Of a stretch of DNA of 34,519 bases, positions 7,732 through 16,008 are shown in pieces. The stretch is from a virus. Its lineage: Duplodnaviria > Caudoviricetes. Under the pieces are notes generated by a model that did no database searches, was not told the origin of the DNA, and saw only the letters and a list, made by a program, of their open reading frames with translations. The DNA lies in IMG/VR virus record IMGVR_UViG_3300044701_000240, positions 1 to 34,519 of that record. The stretch is one strand, 5' to 3'. The position numbers were made by a program, and so were the translations under genes. The stretch's first letter is position 1. Every line of letters begins with the position of its first letter.

Positions 7732-9265
7732 CAACTGTGGGTCGTCAGATGCAAACTCTTTGTATTCCGACGGCCATACTTTTTGTTTTTCGTGTAACAC
7801 GTATGGACATACAGATGAGCCAGAAGTTCACACTCATAACATGACAACTGTCAGACTACAAGGTTCAGCCGAACGGCTGCAAAAGAGAAACATCTCCGAG
7901 AAAGTCTGCCAACAATATAAGATTTACCGCGATGGTGATGTAATCAGATTCCATTACTTTGATGGGTCTGGCACCTTAAAAGGTTGTAAGGTAAAAACCA
8001 AGAACAAAATCTTTACTTACGAAGGAGAGGTACCTGGAACACTCTTTGGACAACATTTGTTTCCCGCCACTGGAAAACGAGTCGTCATCACCGAAGGAGA
8101 ACTCGATGCGGCTTCATGTAGTGAAGTTATGCCGGGGTGGCCGATGGTATCTCTACCTAGCGGTGCCGCAGCGGCAAAGAAGTCGATTCAACGGGCTCTC
8201 GAATGGCTCCAGGGTTATGAGGAGATTGTCCTGTTCTTCGACAATGACGAGGCAGGCCGTAAGGCGTCGGAGGAAGCAGCGAGCGTACTCCCACCTGGCA
8301 AGACGAAGATCGCACGATTGGAGGCATATAAGGATGCTTCAGATGCGCTACAGGCAGGAGAGTCTGAAGCGATCCGAAGGGCTATCTGGGATGCTAAACC
8401 GTATCGCCCAGACGGTATCGTCGATGGCAAGACACTTCTCGAGCTAGTCACTACACCTAATCCGCCTTGTGATCATGACTACCCGTTCAAAGGCTTGAAT
8501 GACAAGCTTCACGGGATTCGTTATGGCGAGCTGGTGACGGTTACTGCAGGTTCAGGAATCGGGAAATCGTCCGTTTGTAGAGAGCTTGCAACGCACCTCC
8601 TTCAAAAAGGTGAGCGTGTTGGCTACCTAGCTCTCGAAGAGTCAAATCGTCGTACAGCTCTCGGACTGATGTCCGCTGCTGTTGGTAAATCACTACACCT
8701 TGGAGAACATGACCGAGCTACTCTCACCGAAGCATATCAAGCTACTCTTGCTGATTGGAATTTGTTTCTTTTTGATGGCTTCGGTAGTTTCGATCCCGAT
8801 GTTGTCTACAACCGAATTGAATATCTTGCTTGCGGGCTAGACACTAAGGTCATCTTCCTTGATCACCTTTCAATCCTATTGTCTGGATTGGATGGTGATG
8901 AACGTCGCATGATCGATACCACCATGACTAGACTTAGGTCATTGGTGGAACGCACTGGTATCGCCCTGTTCCTTGTATCACATCTACGGAGAACATCCAG
9001 TGACCAGAATCATGAAGAAGGCGCACGAGTCACGCTTGGACAGTTGCGCGGTAGCGCGGCTATCGCACAACTTAGTGACGGAGTTATCGCGCTTGAACGG
9101 AATCAGCAAGCACAGTCTGGATCTGGCACAACGACTGTGCGAGTCCTTAAAAATCGATATAGCGGAGAGGTAGGTGTAGCCTGCCATCTTGATTATGACC
9201 TTGACACATGTAAGTTCAATGAAACAGAAGCAGATCCTGAGTTCGACGCAACAACAGATTTTTGA
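7667..9265 (+). CDS. gp4: DNA primase-helicase
   Basis: Zn finger CDNC...CFSC, TOPRIM ITEGELD/FDND, Walker A AGSGIGKS, IFLDHL, LRGS, KNR; exact start uncertain. Confidence 0.97.
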   Translation: MMSKHEHTQTSESEFVRHLPCDNCGSSDANSLYSDGHTFCFSCNTYGHTDEPEVHTHNMTTVRLQGSAERLQKRNISEKVCQQYKIYRDGDVIRFHYFDGSGTLKGCKVKTKNKIFTYEGEVPGTLFGQHLFPATGKRVVITEGELDAASCSEVMPGWPMVSLPSGAAAAKKSIQRALEWLQGYEEIVLFFDNDEAGRKASEEAASVLPPGKTKIARLEAYKDASDALQAGESEAIRRAIWDAKPYRPDGIVDGKTLLELVTTPNPPCDHDYPFKGLNDKLHGIRYGELVTVTAGSGIGKSSVCRELATHLLQKGERVGYLALEESNRRTALGLMSAAVGKSLHLGEHDRATLTEAYQATLADWNLFLFDGFGSFDPDVVYNRIEYLACGLDTKVIFLDHLSILLSGLDGDERRMIDTTMTRLRSLVERTGIALFLVSHLRRTSSDQNHEEGARVTLGQLRGSAAIAQLSDGVIALERNQQAQSGSGTTTVRVLKNRYSGEVGVACHLDYDLDTCKFNETEADPEFDATTDF

Positions 9266-9371
9266 ATCTCCCCACCAGCAGGCTATCCTGACTCCTCCCA
9301 ACCCTCCTACTCCTGAGGCAATCAAACGTGCCCAGTTTGTCGATAAGACCTATCGCTGGACTGGTAAGTGA
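9219..9371 (+). CDS. Small hypothetical protein
   Basis: ...LTPPNPPTPEAIKRAQFVDKTYRWTGK; overlaps the gp4 end; start uncertain. Confidence 0.5.
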   Translation: MKQKQILSSTQQQIFESPHQQAILTPPNPPTPEAIKRAQFVDKTYRWTGK

Positions 9372-9422
9372 TGCATCCAGTTACTGAGTACAAACACCCT
9401 TGGTATGAGTACTTGAAAACTT

Positions 9423-9536
9423 ATGTCCCAAAAGAAACTAACTCAGAGGTTAAACCTACTGGAAGTACTACTTGTGGTGACAAACCTATTCATCGTTGCT
9501 GGGGTGATACGACACTGGAATGACGCTTATCTTTGA
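9423..9536 (+). CDS. Small single-TM peptide (37 aa)
   Basis: MSQKKLTQRLNLLEVLLVVTNLFIVAGVIRHWNDAYL; TNxFIVAGVIRHW recalled from cyanophage small proteins; a competing ORF at 9371-9523 exists in another frame. Confidence 0.55.
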   Translation: MSQKKLTQRLNLLEVLLVVTNLFIVAGVIRHWNDAYL

Positions 9537-10038
9537 CTTAGAGACTGACGGTCTTTTGCATGATGTTACCCGCATCCACTGTCTTGGTATCTACGATACA
9601 GAAACAAAAGAGACTCTTGTCTACAACGATGAAGGTAACACAGAGCCACTTACTCGCGGTATTCAACGTCTTGAAGATGCCAATTGTATTGTCGGGCATA
9701 ATATCATCAATTTTGATTTACCTGTTGTGCGTAAACTATACTCTTGGTTTACTCCCACTGGTACTGTTCTTGATACTCTTGTCCTTAGCCGTATTTGCCA
9801 CGCTGATATCCTGAAGATTGACCAGAAACGTAACTGGAAACATATGCCGCTACAGTTATATGGACGCCATTCACTGGAGGCTTACGGTTATCGTTTAGGT
9901 GAATACAAAGGATCGTTTGGTAAAACCTCTGATTGGAAAGAGTGGAGCCAAGAGATGCAAGATTATATGGTACAAGATGTTGTCGTTACAACTAAACTTT
10001 GGAAACACTTTCAACCATTCCTGAATGGATCACGCTAG
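9520..10038 (+). CDS. gp5: DNA polymerase A, 3'-5' exonuclease part
   Basis: ExoI FDLETDG, ExoII GHNIINFD, HSLEAYG, ExoIII YMVQDV. Confidence 0.93.
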   Translation: MTLIFDLETDGLLHDVTRIHCLGIYDTETKETLVYNDEGNTEPLTRGIQRLEDANCIVGHNIINFDLPVVRKLYSWFTPTGTVLDTLVLSRICHADILKIDQKRNWKHMPLQLYGRHSLEAYGYRLGEYKGSFGKTSDWKEWSQEMQDYMVQDVVVTTKLWKHFQPFLNGSR

Positions 10039-11267
10039 AACACAAGGTAGCGGAGATCCTCACTGAACAAGAATTACATGGGTGGTACTTTAATGAGCCT
10101 GCTGCATGGGAACTTGAATCGTCTCTCCGACGAGAATTGGAAGGCCTTACTCAACTACTACGCAACAGGTATCCTTACGTCAAAGACCGAGAGTTCACTC
10201 CTAAGCGAGTTAACCAAACCACTGGATACGTCGCAGGAGCACCCCTAACAAAGCTAAAGGAGTTCAGTCCTACCAGTCGAGATCATATCGCCTGGGTGAT
10301 GGAGAACCTGCATGGCTGGAAACCTGACAAGACAACCAAAGCTGGCAAGACTGCCATCGATGAAGTTGTTCTCAAGGACATTGGTACTGAAGAAGCACTT
10401 CAGTTCTTCCGCTGCCTTGAACTAACTAAACAACTTGGCATGTTGTCTGAAGGTAACAATGCCTGGCTCAAGCTTGTACGAAACAATCGTGTTTACCACC
10501 ACTGCTCTGTAGCTACTAATACGTTTCGATGCGCCCACCGATCTCCAAATCTTGCCCAAGTTCCAAGTGATCTTAACTTTAGAAAGTTATTCTGCGCTAG
10601 TCCTGGCTATGTCATGGTTGGTGCTGATCTCGCAGGTATTGAATTACGAATGCTTGCCCACTATCTGGCTCGATATGATGGAGGCAGGTACGGAGACGTT
10701 CTTCTCAATGGTGACATTCACCAGGAGAATGCAGACAAGATTGGTATCTCAAGACGACTAGTAAAGACTGTAACCTATGCATTTTTGTATGGGGCAGGCG
10801 ATCAAAAGATCGGGCTATCTTACGACCCACAACTATCACCCAAAGATGCAAAGAAGAAAGGTGCTGAGATACGTCAGGCTTACATGGATGCAATTCCAGG
10901 ACTTGAGAAACTGGTTACTGCGGTTAAGTCCAAGGCGGAATCTGGTTACATTAGTTTGTGTGACGGTCGCCGCTGCTCTGTTGATGGTAGCCACAAAGCC
11001 CTTAACTACCTTCTCCAAGGGAGCGCGAGTATTGTAGCTAAATCTTGGATGATTCACACTCATAATGCAATCAAACAACTTGGGTTAAATGCCCACCAGT
11101 TAGCGTTCATTCACGACGAACTACAGTTTGAATGTATAGAGTCTAACGCCAAGGATCTAAGCACTATTCTTGAGGTATCTTCGTTGCTTGCTGGAGAGTC
11201 ACTCAACCTTCGTATACCTATTGCTGCAGAAAGTAAGGTTGGTCTTACTTGGGCAGACGTACACTAA
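9999..11267 (+). CDS. gp5: DNA polymerase A, polymerase part (probably reached by -1 frameshift)
   Basis: PNLAQVP, motif A DLAGIELR, motif B RRLVKTVTYAFLYG, motif C IHDE; no ATG near the ORF start. Confidence 0.93.
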   Translation: METLSTIPEWITLEHKVAEILTEQELHGWYFNEPAAWELESSLRRELEGLTQLLRNRYPYVKDREFTPKRVNQTTGYVAGAPLTKLKEFSPTSRDHIAWVMENLHGWKPDKTTKAGKTAIDEVVLKDIGTEEALQFFRCLELTKQLGMLSEGNNAWLKLVRNNRVYHHCSVATNTFRCAHRSPNLAQVPSDLNFRKLFCASPGYVMVGADLAGIELRMLAHYLARYDGGRYGDVLLNGDIHQENADKIGISRRLVKTVTYAFLYGAGDQKIGLSYDPQLSPKDAKKKGAEIRQAYMDAIPGLEKLVTAVKSKAESGYISLCDGRRCSVDGSHKALNYLLQGSASIVAKSWMIHTHNAIKQLGLNAHQLAFIHDELQFECIESNAKDLSTILEVSSLLAGESLNLRIPIAAESKVGLTWADVH

Positions 11268-11277
11268 TTAATGAATA

Positions 11278-11415
11278 ATGGCAGTCAAATCTAAAACTGC
11301 ACTGGGACGTATTGAATTCAAGTCTCGTGCAAAATATAAACACACCCGTCAAGGTAATGGCACTCGCAGTCTTCCTTCGCATGGGCGCAAGCTCAAGCGG
11401 GGACAAGGTAAGTGA
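11278..11415 (+). CDS. Small basic protein (45 aa, not in ORF track)
   Basis: MAVKSKTALGRIEFKSRAKYKHTRQGNGTRSLPSHGRKLKRGQGK; GTGA overlap with the exonuclease. Confidence 0.75.
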   Translation: MAVKSKTALGRIEFKSRAKYKHTRQGNGTRSLPSHGRKLKRGQGK

Positions 11416-12182
11416 GTCTCCTTATTGATGCTGATTACATTGTCTACAAAAATTGTGCAGCGTGTGAAACTGAAATAGACTTTGGTAACGACGTAATCGT
11501 TGTCACAAGTCGATTCAGTGAAGCGCTAGCAGCAGTAGAGAGAGACCTCTACAACATAGCTACAGATCTTGGATGCTTTGACGATTCTATTCTGTTTTTT
11601 TCTGATTCTACTAACTTTCGTAAATCAATTTATCCAGACTATAAAGGACATCGAAACAGAAAGAAACCGTGTGGCTACAAAAGGGTCATACAGGCGCTCA
11701 AAGAGGCGTTCCAAGTTGTCATCATGCCGACGCTTGAAGCAGACGATGCCTTAGGTATCTACGCTACTCGTGAAACTGGTCACATCATCTGCTCACCTGA
11801 TAAGGATATGCGGCAGATCCCTGGTGAGTTGTATGACTTCTCTAATGAGGTAGTAACAATTACCGAAGAGGAGGGTGATCGCTGGCATCTAATCCAAACA
11901 ATGGCTGGTGATCAAACTGATGGCTATGCTGGTGTTCCGGGCATTGGTATCAAGAAAGCGGAAGCTCTCCTTGATAAGCACGGTACATCATGGCAAACAG
12001 TAGTTAATGCCTTTGCTGAGAAGGATCTCGCTGAAGACGTTGCGCTACTCAATGCACGTCTCGCTAAAATCCTAAGAGCAGAGGACTATGACTTTTCCAC
12101 TCAACAAATCAAACCATGGGTTCCCACCACCTCCGGTGTTAGAACTGACAATGGAACAGCAGTTCAAGATGCGTCAGATTGA
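11412..12182 (+). CDS. gp6: 5'-3' exonuclease
   Basis: LLIDAD, FRK.IYPDYKGHR, LEADD, SPDKDMRQIPG, GDQTDGYAGVPGIG. Confidence 0.96.
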   Translation: MSLLIDADYIVYKNCAACETEIDFGNDVIVVTSRFSEALAAVERDLYNIATDLGCFDDSILFFSDSTNFRKSIYPDYKGHRNRKKPCGYKRVIQALKEAFQVVIMPTLEADDALGIYATRETGHIICSPDKDMRQIPGELYDFSNEVVTITEEEGDRWHLIQTMAGDQTDGYAGVPGIGIKKAEALLDKHGTSWQTVVNAFAEKDLAEDVALLNARLAKILRAEDYDFSTQQIKPWVPTTSGVRTDNGTAVQDASD

Positions 12183-12378
12183 AGACGCCTTGAATCAATC
12201 AAAGGGTGAGATAGATGCTATCATCACTCTTTTTATCGCCCTTCAAAAGCAATGCTTTATTCTGGGCAACAACGTATCTAATCTCATTAAGAAATGGCCG
12301 CCACCGACAAGCACGGACCAGACTACTACCGACGAGGTAATATCCAGGTTTGGGATTTTATTCGAGACCAAGGATTGA
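12088..12378 (+). CDS. Hypothetical coiled-coil protein
   Basis: LTMEQQFKMRQIED...LQKQCFILGNNVSNLIKKWP; overlaps both neighbours; start uncertain. Confidence 0.65.
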   Translation: MTFPLNKSNHGFPPPPVLELTMEQQFKMRQIEDALNQSKGEIDAIITLFIALQKQCFILGNNVSNLIKKWPPPTSTDQTTTDEVISRFGILFETKD

Positions 12379-12596
12379 GTTTCCATCTCGGTAATGCAAT
12401 CAAATACATCTGCCGAGCTGGCTACAAAGAAAGTAAACGCGACGATCTTCGTAAAGCTATCCACTACTTGCAAAACGAACTAGAAAATGACATCCTCCAC
12501 CCTTCTCCAGCAAGCCGTCGAATTCCGGAACGCTTTCCAGGTGAAGAACAGTACTACGCCAGCTTCACGGACTATGCAGAGGCGTTTGATCGTTGA
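12294..12596 (+). CDS. DUF3310 / T7 gp1.7-like nucleotide kinase domain protein
   Basis: P.YY..G.I.VWDFI...L.F.LGNAIKYICRAG.K....DLRKAIHYL. Confidence 0.85.
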   Translation: MAATDKHGPDYYRRGNIQVWDFIRDQGLSFHLGNAIKYICRAGYKESKRDDLRKAIHYLQNELENDILHPSPASRRIPERFPGEEQYYASFTDYAEAFDR

Positions 12597-12867
12597 AGAG
12601 TTCAAGGAATTCCTTGATGCTGAAAATCAATTGATCATGGGTCTGACTGTTAACGCAGCAGACTGCCTGAAAGAGCTGGCCGATCTTGTCTATGTGTGTT
12701 ATCAATATGCTGCTAATTTAGGGTGGGATCTTGACGAAGCACTAGACCGTGTTCATCAGAGTAATATGTCTAAACTCGATGATGACGGTAATCCCATCTA
12801 CCGTGAAGATGGGAAGGTCTTGAAGGGACCGAACTACCAACCTCCTAACCTTACTGATCTTGTTTAA
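12487..12867 (+). CDS. MazG-like / NTP pyrophosphohydrolase-family protein
   Basis: LIVEEFKEF...LKELADLVYVCY...VHQSNMSKL...REDGKVLKGPNY. Confidence 0.88.
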   Translation: MTSSTLLQQAVEFRNAFQVKNSTTPASRTMQRRLIVEEFKEFLDAENQLIMGLTVNAADCLKELADLVYVCYQYAANLGWDLDEALDRVHQSNMSKLDDDGNPIYREDGKVLKGPNYQPPNLTDLV

Positions 12868-12869
12868 TA

Positions 12870-14261
12870 ATGTCTGAACCCACCGCTGAACTTATCGCAC
12901 GAACTGGTCGTGTTCAATCTTGGATCGATGACCCCACATCACGCTTGCCTGTCTCCTGTACCGTCTTCGTCGTGGAAGATGAAATGGAAGGACCCAACGG
13001 CATTGAAGCTTCATGGCGTTTCGTCAGCCATGCACTCCGATATGGTGCGGGAGTGGCTGTCCACCTTAGCAAGTTGCGACCCAAAGGATCTGAAAATGGA
13101 AAAGGACTAGTTGCTTCTGGTCCTGTCTCATTTGGAAAGATCTACTCCACCCTCAATGAAATCCTGAGGCGTGGTGGTGTATACAAAAACGGTGCTGTAG
13201 TGTTGCATCTTGATCTCAACCATAACGATATCCTTGAGTTTATTACTGCTGACCGCGCTGATCTGCCTTGGGTTAAGCGTTGTGTCAACATCAACAACCA
13301 TTGGTGGAATACTGCAACGCAAGAAACCAAGGAAGCTCTACTCCAGGGTATTCGAAAGGGAGATATCTGGCTCAATAAAACTAAGGTTGACAAAGATGGA
13401 AATCGCATCCGGGGAAACGTATGTTTGGAAGTCTACTTGCCATCACGGGGTACCTGTCTACTTCAACATGTCAACCTCGGCGGATGTGAATTCAATGACA
13501 TTCAACGTGCATTTGTCAACGGAATGTCCGAGTTGTGCGCCCTACACGGAAAGACAGATGTTGGGAGTAGCGGAGAGTACCTCCCTTCGGAGACAGATCG
13601 CCAAGTCGGTCTCGGACTACTGGGACTTGCCAATCTTCTGAGGCGGTATGGTGTGACATATGAAGAGTTCGGTAAGGCTCTTGATATGATCAACAATCGT
13701 CAACCGATCCGTCGCTCTCCTGCTGCTGAACTGGCACTAGAGATTCAAGCTGGTATCAATGCAGCAACTGAGATTGCAAAGTCCTATAACATGGATCGTG
13801 CCTTTGCTATTGCCCCTACAGCGTCCTGTAGCTATCGCTATAAGGACCGTGATGGGTATACCACCTGCCCTGAGATTGCACCTCCTATTGCCCGTCAGGT
13901 GGACCGTGATAGCGGTACGTTTGGCGTCCAGAGCTTTGACTACGGTCCGGTTGAGATCGCGTCTGAAGTTGGCTGGGAGAACTACAAACGAGTTGCGGAT
14001 GGTATTGTCCGTATGCTCGATAACACGGGTCTTCTTCATGGTTATTCATTCAACTCGTGGTCTGACGTGATCACGTATGATGAAGCATTCATTGAGGAGT
14101 GGCTGGATAGCCCCCAAACATCTCTTTACTACTCACTCCAAGTGATGGGAGACGTTCAGGACAAGTCCAGCGCCTATGCTGCATTGGACGAAGCTGAAGT
14201 CGACGATTACCTGGAGTCTATTCTAAATGACCCTGCTCCTGATTGTAATTGCGGCGAATGA
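12870..14261 (+). CDS. nrdA: Class I ribonucleotide reductase alpha subunit (short cyanopodovirus type)
   Basis: PVSC, NVCLE finger loop, IAPTASCS, SLYY tyrosine pair, C-terminal CNC; no ATP cone. Confidence 0.92.
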   Translation: MSEPTAELIARTGRVQSWIDDPTSRLPVSCTVFVVEDEMEGPNGIEASWRFVSHALRYGAGVAVHLSKLRPKGSENGKGLVASGPVSFGKIYSTLNEILRRGGVYKNGAVVLHLDLNHNDILEFITADRADLPWVKRCVNINNHWWNTATQETKEALLQGIRKGDIWLNKTKVDKDGNRIRGNVCLEVYLPSRGTCLLQHVNLGGCEFNDIQRAFVNGMSELCALHGKTDVGSSGEYLPSETDRQVGLGLLGLANLLRRYGVTYEEFGKALDMINNRQPIRRSPAAELALEIQAGINAATEIAKSYNMDRAFAIAPTASCSYRYKDRDGYTTCPEIAPPIARQVDRDSGTFGVQSFDYGPVEIASEVGWENYKRVADGIVRMLDNTGLLHGYSFNSWSDVITYDEAFIEEWLDSPQTSLYYSLQVMGDVQDKSSAYAALDEAEVDDYLESILNDPAPDCNCGE

Positions 14262-14971
14262 ACCCTTATCAAAAACTACAACAACGTAAACGTACTTGGT
14301 CTCCTGTTCAAACTACAGCAGGTAAACTTAAAGAAGGTGCTGAAGAAGCAATCTACCGTGCCCTTGCAATGCGGCACATGGAACTCCCCGTTGGTGGCTT
14401 CATTCAAGACGCCCTTAGTGAGATTCCAGCTCTATCGGCAGACCTGCTCCGATCTAATGTCAAAGACGAAGAGAACCACGACCTGGCTCTCGGCTACATT
14501 GCCAATGCTATCGGGGTTGATTCTAAGGCTGAAGAAGAAGCCAAGAGAATTCGATCTGCGTGGGAAGCGCATCCTGATCACACAGTCCTCAAAGCGCTGG
14601 TTGCCGAGCGTGCAATTTTCTTCGTTCTACTCCCGTTCTTTCGATTTAATGGTGACGCTGGTCTCAGAACCGTAAGCGCCGATATCTCCCGTGATGAACA
14701 AGTTCACGTTGCTGCCAATAGCCTTGTTTGTCGTGAGTTGGGGCTTAGTGTCTCTCCTTCTCTTGATAAACTCCGTAAGGCAACTATCAATTGGGTAATG
14801 ACACCTCTGAAAGCGTCACATCCCGATAAATATTTGAGCAAAAAATTTTGGCTAGATGCTAGTGATCGTCTGATGTACGAAGGTAAGGCACCCGAACTTT
14901 CTGACACCAAGCGAGCACGTATGCCTGCATTCTTTGAACACGCTAACCCTAACCTCCCACAATATGCCTAG
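14258..14971 (+). CDS. nrdB: Class I ribonucleotide reductase beta subunit (ferritin-like)
   Basis: Two ExxH motifs (DEENH, DEQVH), ERAIFF, C-terminal Tyr; ATGA-coupled to alpha. Confidence 0.85.
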   Translation: MNPYQKLQQRKRTWSPVQTTAGKLKEGAEEAIYRALAMRHMELPVGGFIQDALSEIPALSADLLRSNVKDEENHDLALGYIANAIGVDSKAEEEAKRIRSAWEAHPDHTVLKALVAERAIFFVLLPFFRFNGDAGLRTVSADISRDEQVHVAANSLVCRELGLSVSPSLDKLRKATINWVMTPLKASHPDKYLSKKFWLDASDRLMYEGKAPELSDTKRARMPAFFEHANPNLPQYA

Positions 14972-15158
14972 TGTTGTAATGAACATGCTGGAGACACATG
15001 GTCTTCAGTTTAATTCATTGTTGGCTAAATTGGAAGAGAACTTTCCACCTGTTAATCCCCACCCGGATGATTCACCCAATCTAATCATGTACCGCTCTGG
15101 CCAACGTTCTGTGGTCGAGTGGATTCAACACCACATCAACGAAGAGAACAATGGCTAA
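14964..15158 (+). CDS. Hypothetical protein
   Basis: LEENFPPVNPHP....IMYRSGQRSVVEWI; usual position before the structural module. Confidence 0.8.
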   Translation: MPSVVMNMLETHGLQFNSLLAKLEENFPPVNPHPDDSPNLIMYRSGQRSVVEWIQHHINEENNG

Positions 15159-16008
15159 AGACAAGAACAAAGGTGGCGGCCTCGGTGCTGCAGTACGGCA
15201 AGTTGGCACTAACCTAAGTGCTAAGGAAACGATGCAGATTGCTAAGCAAACCGGAGCTAGTGCTGCACAGATCTTTGCTAAAGCTCAACAGCAAGGGGTT
15301 GGTATTGGTTCCGCTGCTATCAACAAATTCAATGCTGGTAAGCTTGGCACTAACTTCACTACTCAGGTGCAAGGTCCTTATGGTATCAGCTACAACCCCC
15401 GTGCCGACGCTAAGACTACCCAAGCACTGAATCAGCTTGGTGCTATCCGTAACCTGCGGATGCAACCTGGCACTAGCTACATGGGTTATAGCACAACTGC
15501 TACCCCCACTCAAACTCAATACAATCCGATTGTCCTTCCTAAGGAACTGCTGCGTACGATGGGTATTGGTGGTGGGCAGATTGCTGCTGGTCCGTACGAC
15601 AACATGAACATTCCGTTTACTGGTCAAGCCGCTGGCGGTGGTCCTCTTGGTGGTCCTATTGCACCACAGCAACAGACCACTAGTGATGGGATGAACGAAG
15701 AACCGTTTGACTTCAAGTCTTACATTGACGAGTTGATGACTGGCTTCAGTGCTACACAACGTGCTGATATGGAAGACATGCTGAGTGGCATTGATACTCG
15801 ATTCAATGAACTCAGTTCACAGATTGGTGGCGGTGCTGCCAACCGTCTACAGGCATTGGGTAAGTCCTATGCTGATACTATTCGTGCTCAGCAGCGTCAA
15901 CGCAAAGGTCGTAAGGAGTATCGTCGTGGTATGAGTCCTTCTCCCATGGCACAATCTGCAGGTAATGCACTTGCTATTGGCTCTCTTGGTGGAGGCCTGA
16001 CCCTGTAA
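15151..16008 (+). CDS. Gly/Gln-rich putative virion protein (gp7.3 position)
   Basis: Low-complexity 285-aa ORF with basic C-terminus ending GGGLTL; TAATG-coupled to portal. Confidence 0.7.
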   Translation: MAKDKNKGGGLGAAVRQVGTNLSAKETMQIAKQTGASAAQIFAKAQQQGVGIGSAAINKFNAGKLGTNFTTQVQGPYGISYNPRADAKTTQALNQLGAIRNLRMQPGTSYMGYSTTATPTQTQYNPIVLPKELLRTMGIGGGQIAAGPYDNMNIPFTGQAAGGGPLGGPIAPQQQTTSDGMNEEPFDFKSYIDELMTGFSATQRADMEDMLSGIDTRFNELSSQIGGGAANRLQALGKSYADTIRAQQRQRKGRKEYRRGMSPSPMAQSAGNALAIGSLGGGLTL

